From assembly GCA_034226945.1 (NCBI GenBank), contig CP120458.1, positions 992,001 to 1,056,000 of the forward strand: a DNA stretch of 64,000 nucleotides. Direction: 5' to 3'. This document shows positions 45,545 through 56,898 of this stretch, piece after piece. The position numbers were made by a program, and so were the translations under genes. Source of the DNA: Picochlorum sp. SENEW3 (lineage: Eukaryota). Positions within the stretch are counted from its first letter, which is position 1, and each line of letters begins with the position of its first letter. The notes beneath the pieces are model-generated. The model saw only the letters and a list, made by a program, of their open reading frames with translations, was not told the origin of the DNA and did not search any database.

Positions 45545-45600
45545 TAATTGAGACACGTCTTGTTGAACAGGGCCTGTTGTTGTATGTATTGTGTGTAATG

Positions 45601-48129
45601 TTACAAAAAGACATCTCTGTTCTGCTGGCGAATTTTCAAATCTTCCTCGTTCGCATATTGTTCAACTATTTCCCGGACACGGTGCCCTGTGATGGTATCA
45701 TTCTGCATAAGCTCTTCTATGAGGGCATCCAGAGCTTGCCTGTTTCGTGACAACATTGCCTTGGCCTGCAAGTACGAGTCTTCAAGCATGCTCTTCATCC
45801 TCTTGTTTGCTTCATCCTGAAGTTCAGGAGACACAAATTTGGGGACAATTTGGACCAAGGAACGGGTACCTTGCCTGCATCAATCACATGTACGATATTA
45901 GAATACACGCCAAAACTCAAATGAACAATATAAATCCATCACAACGTACGTTTTGGGAATAGAAAGGGTTCTTGGGCCAATTGTATCACCTGGACTCATC
46001 GCAGTTGACACGACTAATTTTGTGACTATTCTTCGGGCCATGACCAATCTTCGCTGCTGCATTGTGGACATTTCATCCTCCCCATAGTATATTTCCTCTG
46101 CTGCTCGTCCAGCAAGGACTGTGAGTAATTGCTCTTCTAGATACCGTTTCGTAAATGCTTGGGTAAGTTCTCTCCCTTCGTTCGCCTTGACGACTGTCTG
46201 TCCGAATGGGAACTTCTCGCGGGGTACAATAGTCACCAATACAATTGGTTCAATTGCGGGAAGCAAGGTACACAACAAGGCAGTAGATGCCTCCATGACT
46301 GCCAAGCGTCTCCTGGCTGTATCACTGTACCTACCTCTTTCTGGACCCAAGCGTTCTATCTCTAGGGCTTTCATTACATCTTCCGTTCTTATTTCCTCTC
46401 TCTCTCTTTGTGTCGCTACTGTGGCTGCCATGTTCACCAAATTCGCAAGTTGAGCTCCACTGTACTGCCGTGTCTCAAATGCAATTTCGTGTAGATCAAT
46501 TTCAGGATCGTGTGGACGACCAGAGAGATGGACATTTAAGATATCAATCCTACCCTGATAATCTGGGAGCGGTACCATGACACTCCTATCAAATCTACCT
46601 GGCCGGATCAATGCAGGGTCCAACACATCCTTCCTGTTGGTGGCTGCCATCACGACAACCTGGGATTCTGAATCAAAACCATCCATTTCAGACAACATTT
46701 GATTCAGCGTCTGATCTCTCTCGTCATTACCCTGTGCTCCGCCCCGAATCCTTCCAACAGAATCAATTTCATCGATAAAGATGATGGCAGGGGCCATCGA
46801 TCTAGCAGTTGCAAACAAATCTCTCACTCGTGCTGCACCAACTCCGACAAACATTTCCACAAACTCGGACGCATTTAGGGATAAGAAAGCTACTCCCGCC
46901 TCGCCAGCCACAGCCCTGGCTAGCAACGTTTTCCCTGTACCAGGTGGTCCACACAAGAGCACACCCCGTGGTATCCTTGATCCACTGGCTTTGAATCGCT
47001 CCGGCTTTCTAAAGAAATCAACAATCTCCTCTAGTTCTATTTTAGCATCTCCTATTCCTGCAATATCATCGAAGAAGACGACATCCTTTGCATCTGTATA
47101 TTGCAATTTCACCCCCTTGAGATCCTTCTGTGCTTTTTTCAGTTTCCTCAGCCTTTCCGGATCCTGCGCTTTTTGAACCTTGACAGTCTTCATTTTCCTA
47201 AACTCTTCTGCCTGAGCATTTGGATCGTTCTCAGCCTGAGCCTCTTTCATCTTTCGTCGAAATTCCTCCTCATCCGCCAACTGAGACTCAGCATCTGTAT
47301 TGTAGACTCCCTTGCTCGAGTCCTCTTCGCTCATCACCTTTGCAACAACCGCATCAATCTGATCTCTATCCACTTGAATCCCTGCCTTGGACGCCTTGTC
47401 ATACATTTCTTCAGGAGACCATCCCTGTGCCACCAACACCTCTGCATCCACCAGGAACTGGTCAGCACGCTCCTCAGCCTCCTTCCTCTTCCTCTCTGCT
47501 GCCTCCACCTCTTTAATTTTTAATCTATCTTCTGCATCCCCTTTCTTCCATTTCATATAGGTCGTAGCCAAGTATACTGCCCCAACAGCCACATATGGCA
47601 TCACATTCACCAGAAATGATGACACACCTGCCGTCAACCCCTTTGAGGGATTCAGCTGAGCCATCGTCGGTGGAGCGGGTAATCGAGACCCCTTCACAGC
47701 ATGCGTTTCCATGGCATAGGATAAGCGAGCATCATCCGGAGGAAACACCGCCTGAGCAACCTTGCCACCATCCTTGAAACGAACCAAACAAGGCCCCTCC
47801 AAAAACTCATGCCCTCTCTGGGTGAAAAACGCCACCTCCTCCACCTTTTCCTCTCGAATAGCTTGTAATAGTTCAGAATATCCTAGTTTCTTATGTACAA
47901 CCGGCAATCCATACGTGCCTTCGTATAAATACTGCTTCGCCGTAGCCATGACCCGAATGTGCCCAATTGCCCTTCCGATTCGACGACAGGAAGCGATTCG
48001 CTTGCTTTTATGCATCACAGTCCCATTCAAAATGCGTGTCTGCACTCGATGGCCATGCTGACTGACAACAGTAGCCATTCGTGGTCTACTCATGAAGGAG
48101 TACCGCTGATACTGGCAGAGATTCCCCAT
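45601..48129 (-). CDS. Plastid FtsH-like AAA protein lacking the HExxH motif (FtsHi type); 2 exons
   Basis: [16 protein letters not shown] and [12 protein letters not shown]. The protease site reads AVMEASTA instead of AxHExGHA. Confidence 0.88.
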
Positions 48130-48396
48130 CGATGATATCTAAACTACTAAACACATACAAATGTGGTTATATTATAGCGACAGTGACGCATGAATGGCAT
48201 GCATAAGGATGAAACATGTTCTGTTTTAAACACTTAATTAGGAGTGTTTTGTTTGTCGCCTGCCCTGGCATCCTTCTCATCATTTATAACAAAAAGTAAA
48301 TTATGATAATTTCTTCCACAAAGAAATGCATGTGACTCTGTATTGGAGAGGTGATGGTCGGTAAGGGGCGACGATATTTTTAAAATTCCCTCATCC

Positions 48397-50010
48397 ATGA
48401 ATACTGCTGTTCGCCGAGGGAGTTTACATGGAACATCATCGTTTAACACTGAAAGATTGAGGAGACGATCCATGTATCATGCTGTGTGCGGAACAGAGGC
48501 TGTTGGACTGAGGAGACTCATGTTGTTGAGGCCTGCTGTGTTTCTCTTGGGGCCAGTGGGACGTGAGCATAGTATTCGTGCATCTGGAACGAGGACAGGT
48601 TATACATCATTACATGGCGAAGAGAGTAGTGATGACCATCAGAGAAAAAGGAATGCAGCATTTGTGTCGAAGCAGTGGACAGTCCCACGGACAAGCTTGG
48701 CACACTACCCAGAAGAGACGAGGCAAGTGATCCAGAATCAACAGCGGGAGCGGCAGCAGAACGAGCCATCAATTGAGTTAGATACGGTATTGGCTGCTTT
48801 AGAATATGAACGAAACAGAGGGTATGTGGACTTTGTCGGTCGAAGTGGAGATCATTTCTCTCAATGGATGTGTCGCCAGTTGCAACATGTGTTGGAGGAT
48901 GTGAGAGATGTGGCGGATGTAGCAGATGTCGGTGTTATTGAGGGGGTGATCGCTATGCTGGGGAATCAGTATGGTAGATCGGCCGATCGAAGAGAGCACA
49001 TTGTAGACCGATGTGCTTGGGCTGTTGGGAAACTGAAAAAGTACAGGGAGCAGCAGGCAGAGGAAGAGGAAAGAAGCAGGAGGAATATAGTCACTGCGGA
49101 AGTGTCTGTTGACCATGGAATGTCAACAGCTCCTGAGGAGGAATTTGGAGTGAAAAAGAAGAAGATTAAGCAATCGACGATTGATTTTCGGAATGAGTTT
49201 ATGCAAAAGGCCATGTCCTCGACTCATGAGCCAGATAGTGTGAACAATTTGGAGGGGGAGCAAAGGACACAATTGTGGCGGAGCTTGAGGGACAGGAGAC
49301 TGACAGCATCTGCATTCTCCAAAGCTTTGGGTTTTTTTCCTGGAGATCGAATATCTTTATGGGAGGAGAAAATCGGCATTCGGGAGCCTTTTAAAGGGAA
49401 TGATGCTACGAGGTGGGGAACAAAGAATGAGGCGCGAGCCTTGCTGACGTACGAGAAGCTGACTGGGCAGCACGTCGAATCATGCATGTTCAAAGTAAAA
49501 AAGGATGATGTGGTACATGATTGGCTCGGAGCATCGCCCGATGGACTTGTTGCTGGATTGGGTCTGTCAATGCAGGACCAGGACCCATTGGGACCTGGCA
49601 TTCTAGAAATCAAATGCCCATATAATAAAGGTCATCCAGAGCTTGCAACTCCACCAAACAGGGCAATATGGTACTACATGCCTCAAATACAGGGTTTGAT
49701 GGATGTGTTCGACCGGGAATGGTGCTCTCTGTACATTTGGACTCCAAATCATGGGAGTTCGTCGTTTGTCATTGATAGGGACAGAGAATACTGGGGAGCA
49801 TGCTTTGATGTCCTCGCTGAATTTTGGTGGGCCCACACCGTGCCTGCGAGACAAGCACGTGATGCACGACATCAAGATGTGACAGATAATGAATGGATAC
49901 AGTACAAGCCCACGGAGATCCATCCAACATCAGAGATGCTGAGGGATTGGAGTAAGAAGATGGCTTGGAGTGCACCAGGAAGGATATTCCAGCATGTTGA
50001 CATATCATGA
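48397..50010 (+). CDS. YqaJ / lambda-exonuclease-like (PD-(D/E)xK) nuclease, likely organelle-targeted
   Basis: Motifs QRT..W..LR..RLTAS, WG..NE..A, WLGASPDG, LEIKCP and YYMPQIQG. Confidence 0.88.
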   Translation: MNTAVRRGSLHGTSSFNTERLRRRSMYHAVCGTEAVGLRRLMLLRPAVFLLGPVGREHSIRASGTRTGYTSLHGEESSDDHQRKRNAAFVSKQWTVPRTSLAHYPEETRQVIQNQQRERQQNEPSIELDTVLAALEYERNRGYVDFVGRSGDHFSQWMCRQLQHVLEDVRDVADVADVGVIEGVIAMLGNQYGRSADRREHIVDRCAWAVGKLKKYREQQAEEEERSRRNIVTAEVSVDHGMSTAPEEEFGVKKKKIKQSTIDFRNEFMQKAMSSTHEPDSVNNLEGEQRTQLWRSLRDRRLTASAFSKALGFFPGDRISLWEEKIGIREPFKGNDATRWGTKNEARALLTYEKLTGQHVESCMFKVKKDDVVHDWLGASPDGLVAGLGLSMQDQDPLGPGILEIKCPYNKGHPELATPPNRAIWYYMPQIQGLMDVFDREWCSLYIWTPNHGSSSFVIDRDREYWGACFDVLAEFWWAHTVPARQARDARHQDVTDNEWIQYKPTEIHPTSEMLRDWSKKMAWSAPGRIFQHVDIS

Positions 50011-50552
50011 CTCGATTTAGTAGGATTCTTGATCTTTTTATCACAGTGGATTTCTCAATATATATATACTGTTTGAAAGGCCTGGCCAGGTGCATGCAGA
50101 TGGGTGCATCATCCGTTTGTACAAACATCAATGGGGCATGCAGAAATTTCTAGGAATATGTGAAATCCGAGTCAGCGTCTGGTCAGAATCTCAAACATTC
50201 TGGTCTTCATTCTAAATGAGTAGAGTTTCTTTGGAGAGAACACATTAAGATAATCGTCATCACAATCGCAGCTGTGTTTACTCCAATTGACAATGTTGGG
50301 TGTGTTCCTTGTGTGTATTTTGATCCTGGCCAAACAGTGCCAGGCCAAGTTTTTCTGGCACGGTGCGTACTTGTATGGATACTACTGTACCATTCGATTG
50401 AGAACATTGCAACTGATTTGACAGCTTTTCTGTGGATTTCAACACTGTGCTCTCCTGGATAGGACTTGCTCGGTGACAACCACAATGGATCTCCTGATGC
50501 CAACCTAGAGTTTGCCAGATGCCCTGTATTAATCTAATTCTTATGGAATATA

Positions 50553-51755
50553 GTGAATCTACATGACCTCTCACCAGAGCCAGAAGCCCTTTTCTTTCTT
50601 GGCCCTAATAATGTGACTGTCCTTTGCCCTCAGTCAGAAGTCGGTGAAACTGGGCTTGTTGAGGGGGTTTCCTACACGAAGAGAGACAGGGAGGGAATCT
50701 TATCACTTCTTCAAGATGACCAGAACAATCCTGAACTTGCGACAACATGTACGTCTGGGATTACAAATATGGCTCGACTGTTTGAAGGGGCATCATCTTT
50801 TGAACAGAACTTGATTCGCTGGGACACCAGCCAAGTGACGGACATGAGTGGGATGTTCCTTGGAGCCTCCCTCTTCAACTTTTTCCCAGGTCTTTGGGAT
50901 ACTAGCAAGGTGAAATCGATGAAGCAAATGTTTGCTGGAGCATCGTCTTTTAATGAGTATATTGGTGATTGGGACACATCCTCTGTCCAGGACATGAGTG
51001 GCATGTTTGCAGGAGCCTCGTCTTTTAATTCGTACATTGGTGATTGGGTTACCTCCTCCGTACAAGATATGAATAGCATGTTTGCAGGCGCTGCTTCATT
51101 TAACTTTTACATTGGCAACTGGAATACATCATACATTCAGGATATGAGAGATATGTTTGCCGGTGCAGCTTCTTTCAATGAGTATAATGGAGATTGGGAT
51201 ACATCTTCGGTACAAGATATGAGTGGCATGTTTTCTGGGGCGTCGTCCTTTAATCAGTATGTAGGAGACTGGGACACATCCTCAGTCCAGGATATGAGTC
51301 GCATGTTCAAAGATGCTTCATCGTTCAATGTATACAATGGAGAGTGGAACACATCAGCCGTGAAGTCAATGAAACAAATGTTTGCTAATGCGTCGTCTTT
51401 TAATGAGTATATTGGTGACTGGAACACATCCTCTGTCCAGGACATGAGTGGCATGTTTGCAAATGCCAGTGAATTCAACTCATTCATAGGCAACTTTGAC
51501 ACATCCAAAGTCACAGACATGTCATACATGTTTTCAGGATCACCTTCCTTCAACAACTACATTGGAGACTGGGACACAAGTCAGGTGGCAAACATGTATT
51601 TTATGTTCTTCAATGCAGCAACCTTCACACAAACAGTGTCACCTTGGTGTGTGGAGAAGATTCCGTCGAAGCCTGAAGGCTTCGACACTGGAAGTGGATT
51701 TGAAAACGATGCAACACTACAGCCATCCTGGGGGGCGACCTGCAAGAATGCATAA
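50553..51755 (+). CDS. DUF285/BspA-type surface repeat protein, about 11 repeats; 5' exons or true start unresolved
   Basis: 25-aa repeats W(D/N)[22 protein letters not shown]-cap TCTSGITNM and C-cap WCV.KI.S.P..F..QPSWG. Confidence 0.85.
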   Translation: MNLHDLSPEPEALFFLGPNNVTVLCPQSEVGETGLVEGVSYTKRDREGILSLLQDDQNNPELATTCTSGITNMARLFEGASSFEQNLIRWDTSQVTDMSGMFLGASLFNFFPGLWDTSKVKSMKQMFAGASSFNEYIGDWDTSSVQDMSGMFAGASSFNSYIGDWVTSSVQDMNSMFAGAASFNFYIGNWNTSYIQDMRDMFAGAASFNEYNGDWDTSSVQDMSGMFSGASSFNQYVGDWDTSSVQDMSRMFKDASSFNVYNGEWNTSAVKSMKQMFANASSFNEYIGDWNTSSVQDMSGMFANASEFNSFIGNFDTSKVTDMSYMFSGSPSFNNYIGDWDTSQVANMYFMFFNAATFTQTVSPWCVEKIPSKPEGFDTGSGFENDATLQPSWGATCKNA

Positions 51756-51757
51756 AG
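51188..51757 (+). repeat. About 570-bp direct repeat, near-identical to 55476..56045
   Basis: Constant offset of 4288 bp with few substitutions; identity ends just after the stop codon. Confidence 0.95.
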
Positions 51758-52816
51758 AGTGGCTGCAATGATAAAGTGCATGTTTCTCAAACGATATGAC
51801 AGATTTTGACAACATATCAACGATGACACTCTTTTCTAGAGAATCAAAGTCAAAGCACTTCGGTGCTTGGACCTATTAAACAAATACCCATGACTGGTGA
51901 TCACTTGTCAAATAGGTTACAACAGAATATTTAAACTAAATCCATGGGTTAGACAATGGGGTTGTTGTTGAGTGGTTGCCATGTAAGCGTTGGAACCGTT
52001 CTACCACCAGAGTTTCCTTTATGCATCTTATAAAATTGTTACATGATATGACATTTGCCTCACGGTCGTGGTCCTGAACCAAAAGACACAAATCATTCGA
52101 TAATGTCTGTTCAGCCAAGGTCTTGCATTAGTCCACAGCATATTAGGAAGACTGCTGCCTTTGTTGCGTTATCTGATATGTTGAGACATATTTATCGCAC
52201 GTTTGGGCTGAAAGATCATAAATTACTGATTCCAAATCCCAGAATGGCCCAAAACGCCCGGAAATAGGCCAGAGTTTGTTCTGTAATTTGCTGTTCAACG
52301 GGGCAAAAGTAACGCAAAATTTTGAGTCTGGCAATAAATGGGAGACTTCAATTACAGTCAGATCATCAGTGTTTATCAAGGAATTTAGATAAGCAGTCCT
52401 TCCTATTCAATAGCATATCTTACTTCTGCTCACACTGAAGCTTTCTTTTATTTATATGATTGGCTGCCTCAGATGATCATCCTCATGAGATGCCAGTAAT
52501 ATGCAAAAATAAAAATAACCTCCTCTCCTTTGCTTATCTAGAGGAAGATCAGGCAGGGTTCTCCAACCAAAGACCTACGAAGTTGATAAAAATGCCAAAG
52601 AATAGAAAACAATGCCTGTGTGACATTGACCTTCGTGGGCACTTTTGACCCAGGAAGGAATCTCCCATGGTGACGCCTTTGGTATCACCCAATCACGTTA
52701 CTTCGATTACGAATCCTGCAAGCCCAAACACAACCTGACACCTTAGGTCACGGTGTCGCACGTGTCCTCTAAATTCGAAATCTTGTTTAATTTGAAACTA
52801 AGTGGCATACCTGCAA

Positions 52817-55800
52817 ATGTACATGTTACAGAGAGCTGTCTACATTGGTTTCTTACTACTACAGGTCTGGAGCGGACACCGTGGCGTTACAGGGACCGAG
52901 AAAGCTGGAACCAATAACAGGAATAAAAATTTTAATAATGATGCGTGGGCCTTGGTGAAATCTGACAACAACAAGGCTATCAATTCTCTTACGGGCGTGA
53001 CTGACGGTGTCTTCTCTCTTCAGTCGTTGGCAGTAGGGTCTACCTGTGGAAAGAGTATGTTTTCTTATTGGTATCTTGCGAGCGATGGACAAGTGCCATA
53101 TTGTTTCAATTTTTATCAATAATACTGTCTCACTGTCCTCCTACAGACTACTTGGGGTTCAACAATAGGACCTGCTCTGTGTCACTGTCCACAGATTTCA
53201 CCTCTGGGCCAGTCATGAGGGGTCCTAGCGAGTCGATGATGTGGCGAGAGTGGCTAATTCGAGTAGTAAGCAATGAAAGTGAGTCCAAGAAAGTGTCTAT
53301 TCAAGCTTTTATCCATCCAGAAGTTGAGAAGGAGGCAAGGTGTCTCGGGTTTATCAGCTCCTTCTACAGGAACCCAGAGTACAAGGGCTCCTGTGCTATT
53401 CCTCCCTACGGAACCGGGCTATTTCTGAATGCTACCCAAGACCAGTCTAAGCGCAATTCACAGATATGGACAATCCGACTTGTGGATACTATGGATCAAG
53501 GATTTGAGTTGACTGCTTCCAATAAGCCAGATGTGTGCCAAAGACTGCTGGCTGTAGAGGACTGTCAAAATCAACCGGCTCTAATCTTCGAAGATTCCAC
53601 CTTTGACATCACAGCGTCGATCAAGCACAGGTATTGGAAGTTATTCAAGCGATACGATGTCGTGCCCATATCGTCGCCGCCACCTCCCTCTCCCTCTCCA
53701 CCCTCTCCCTCTCCACCCTCTCCCTCTCCACCATCTCTTCCGCCTCCGTTTCCTCCACCACCAGCTTCGATTCCCGGACCAGTGATCTCTGCTCCCAGCT
53801 CCACAAAATCTGGATACGTAAATGTCCGTGTGAATCAACTGGGGGGCAACGACCGCTGCTCCGTGACAACTATCGTCATTACGGTGACTCCCAGCTCCGT
53901 CGGATCAACTGCACAGACATTTGAGATTTCTGCATCGACGCCAAACTTGAGCTTTGAGGGCGTCTCCGTACAGCTGGCACAAGTGGGTTATAGCTCCATC
54001 TACGCGAGTGGAATTTGCTCGTCTGGAGAGACCACCGAGAGATCGAATGGCGTGTCAGTTTTCTTCTCTGCTCCCAACCAGGATGTATTCTTTGTCCGTT
54101 CAACCTTCACCTTTGATGGATTCGCCGATGCGAATGCCTTCACCGAGGCTGACAGGGCTCAATTGTGCAAAAACTTGAACTCAATTTCACCGGGCAGTAC
54201 ATGCGTTGTGGAAAAGGTTGAGTCGGGATCTGCTATTACAACTGTCAGAAATGATTATACAACTGAGACAGGAGCCACTCAGCTTGGAAAAAGTCTAGTT
54301 GCTTTGGCTCCCTCAGTCCAACAAAAACTTGTCGAGGGCCTCTCTAAGCAGTCGACTGTCATTTTGAATGAGGTTGAAACTTCTCCCAACGTGCCATTGC
54401 CTTTGCCAGCACCACCACCACCAGCAGCAGCCTTTTACTTGGCGAGTAATGGCATCACAATAAAATGCCCTGCGGCATCCATTGGCGGCACAGGGACGGT
54501 GAATGGTGTGATATACACAAAGAGAGACGAAGAGGGCATTAGGGCTCTGGTGTCCAACTCAAACTACAGTGTCCTGCCTGCAACTTGCACAAGTGGAGTG
54601 ACGAGCATGGCTAGGCTGTTTGCCGAAGCTTCATCTTTCAATGAGTATATTGACTCTTGGGATACCTCCTCCGTACAAGATATGAGTGCCATGTTCGCAG
54701 GGGCTGCTTCATTCAACTTTTACATTGGTAGCTGGAATACATCATCTGTCCAGGACATGAGTGAGATGTTTGCCGATGCAGCTTCTTTCAATTTATACAT
54801 TGGTGACTGGGACACATCCTCTGTACAAGATATGAGTGACATGTTTGCAGGAGCATCATCCTTCAATGAGGATATTGACTCATGGAACACATCCTCTGTC
54901 CAGGACATGAGTGGCATGTTTGCAAGGGCATCCTCATTTAATTCATACATTGGTGACTGGGATACATCCTCTATACAAGATATGAGTGGCATGTTTTCTG
55001 GAGCATCGTCCTTCAATGAGGATATTGATGCGTGGGACACGTCATCTGTCCTGAACATGAGCACAATGTTTTCAGGAGCGTCCTCATTTAATTCATACAT
55101 TGGCGAATGGGACACATCCTCTGTCCAGGACATGAGTGACATGTTTGCAGGAGCATCCTCATTTAATTCATACATTGGTGACTGGGATACCTCTTCTGTA
55201 CAAGACATGAGTGGCATGTTTGCAGGAGCTCCTTTATTCAACTTTTACATTGGCAACTGGAATACATCCTCTGTCCAGGACATGAGTGACATGTTTGCAG
55301 CAGCATTCTCATTCAATTCGTACATTGGTGACTGGGTTACATCCTCTGTACAAGATATGAGTGAAATGTTTTCTGTGGCATTGTCCTTCAATGAGGATAT
55401 TGATGCTTGGGACACATCCTCTGTTCAGGACATGAGTGGCATGTTTGCAGGCGCTTTTTCCTTTAATTCGTACATTGGAGATTGGGATACATCTTCGGTA
55501 CAAGATATGAGTGCCATGTTTTCTGGGGCGTCGTCCTTTAATCAGTATGTAGGAGACTGGGACACATCCTCAGTCCAGGATATGAGTCGTATGTTCAAAG
55601 ATGCTTCATCGTTCAATGTATACAATGGAGAGTGGAACACATCAGCCGTGAGATCAATGAAACAAATGTTTGCTAATGCGTCGTCTTTTAACGAGTACAT
55701 TGGTGACTGGAATACATCCTCTGTCCAGGACATGAGTGGCATGTTTGCAAATGCCAGTGAATTCAACTCATTCATAGGCAACTTTGACACATCCAAAGTC

Positions 55801-56043
55801 GCAGACATGTCATACATGTTTTCAGGATCATCTTCCTTCAACAACTACATTGGAGACTGGGACACAAGTCAGGTGGCAAACATGTATTTTATGTTCTTCA
55901 ATGCAGCAACCTTCAGCCAAACAGTGTCACCTTGGTGTGTGGAGAAGATTCCGTCAAAGCCCGAAGGCTTCGACACTGGAAGTGGATTTGAAAACGATGC
56001 AGCATTGCAGCCATCCTGGGGAGCGACATGCAACAATGCATAA
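52817..56043 (+). CDS. Secreted mosaic protein: beta-rich N-terminal domains, SP-rich linker and about 17 DUF285/BspA repeats; 2 exons
   Basis: Signal peptide from ATG 52817. Intron gtatgt..cctacag at about 53056..53146 joins ORFs 52802..53122 and 53068..56043. The 75-bp repeat array spans about 54620..55910. Confidence 0.85.
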
Positions 56044-56194
56044 ACTACAGGTATTCTTCTTCCTAGAGGAATCCTTGTTGAAATTTTTAACCAAGCCGAG
56101 TCCAATGCATCAAGCATAAGGGACCCTCTGCATCACTGTGAATGCATTTTCTCGTATTCATATTTAATAGCATTAATATGTCAATAAAGTGAGA

Positions 56195-56380
56195 ATGGGA
56201 TGGTCCCCGACGAAGAAGAGACTGGTCGCATCCCTTTCCATACTTACTTGGGCAGCCGCACTGCAGCTGCATATGTACTATTTGCAACGCACTGACGAAT
56301 TCAAGGCAAAGTTTCCGGATTTAGCTCCTGAAGAAACGCTTCGGGTGAGTGTGAAGGGGAAAAATTCCGAGGAACGATAA
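56195..56380 (+). CDS. Small single-TM hypothetical protein
   Basis: 61 aa; basic N-terminus followed by a hydrophobic helix (LVASLSILTWAAALQL). Fills an otherwise empty slot. Confidence 0.45.
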   Translation: MGWSPTKKRLVASLSILTWAAALQLHMYYLQRTDEFKAKFPDLAPEETLRVSVKGKNSEER

Positions 56381-56443
56381 ACAACGGTTTGAAGCCTTGG
56401 TAAGAGCCTTCTACACACGCCTGTTGAGGGCAGATGCTACACA

Positions 56444-56887
56444 ATGTGGCACATTGACAACACCGAAGCGGACTATTATGGTATCTTGGGTGTATCAAGG
56501 GAGGCTACAGATGAAGAAATAAAGCAAGGATACAAATCTGCCATTTTGGGGGCACACCCAGATAAAGCACAGGCCATGTCAGGGCATGAACAAGCATCAG
56601 AGAATATTAAGCGAATACGGGAAGCGTACGGCATTCTTAAAAATGCTGAGACCAGAGCAGCATATGATAAGGAAATAGGTCGACGAGAAGCATATGCCCA
56701 TGTAGATGATGTGTATGTGCACATCCAATTGTCGGATATGGATCGTTGTGATGGAAGTTGTAGATATCCTTGTCGCTGTGGAGACACCTTCGTCATTGAA
56801 GAGTGCGACATTCGAGATATAGGGAACGATACAGAGTGTATATTACAGTGTCCATCATGTTCTCTCATGGCACACCTGGCAATGTAA
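56444..56887 (+). CDS. DPH4: Diphthamide biosynthesis protein 4 (J-domain + CSL zinc finger)
   Basis: DYYGILGV..HPDK J-domain, YPCRCG and CPSCSL. Confidence 0.9.
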   Translation: MWHIDNTEADYYGILGVSREATDEEIKQGYKSAILGAHPDKAQAMSGHEQASENIKRIREAYGILKNAETRAAYDKEIGRREAYAHVDDVYVHIQLSDMDRCDGSCRYPCRCGDTFVIEECDIRDIGNDTECILQCPSCSLMAHLAM

Positions 56888-56898
56888 AAAGGTTTTGA

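Noticed and set aside
45601..48129. Loss of HExxH as a sign of pseudogenisation or novelty
   Set aside because: Protease-dead FtsHi proteins are an established plastid family, and the ATPase motifs are intact.
54620..55910. 75-bp periodic array as CRISPR or DGR template/variable pair
   Set aside because: These are coding DUF285 repeats. No reverse transcriptase or cas gene is in the window, and differences between the paralogues are not confined to adenines.
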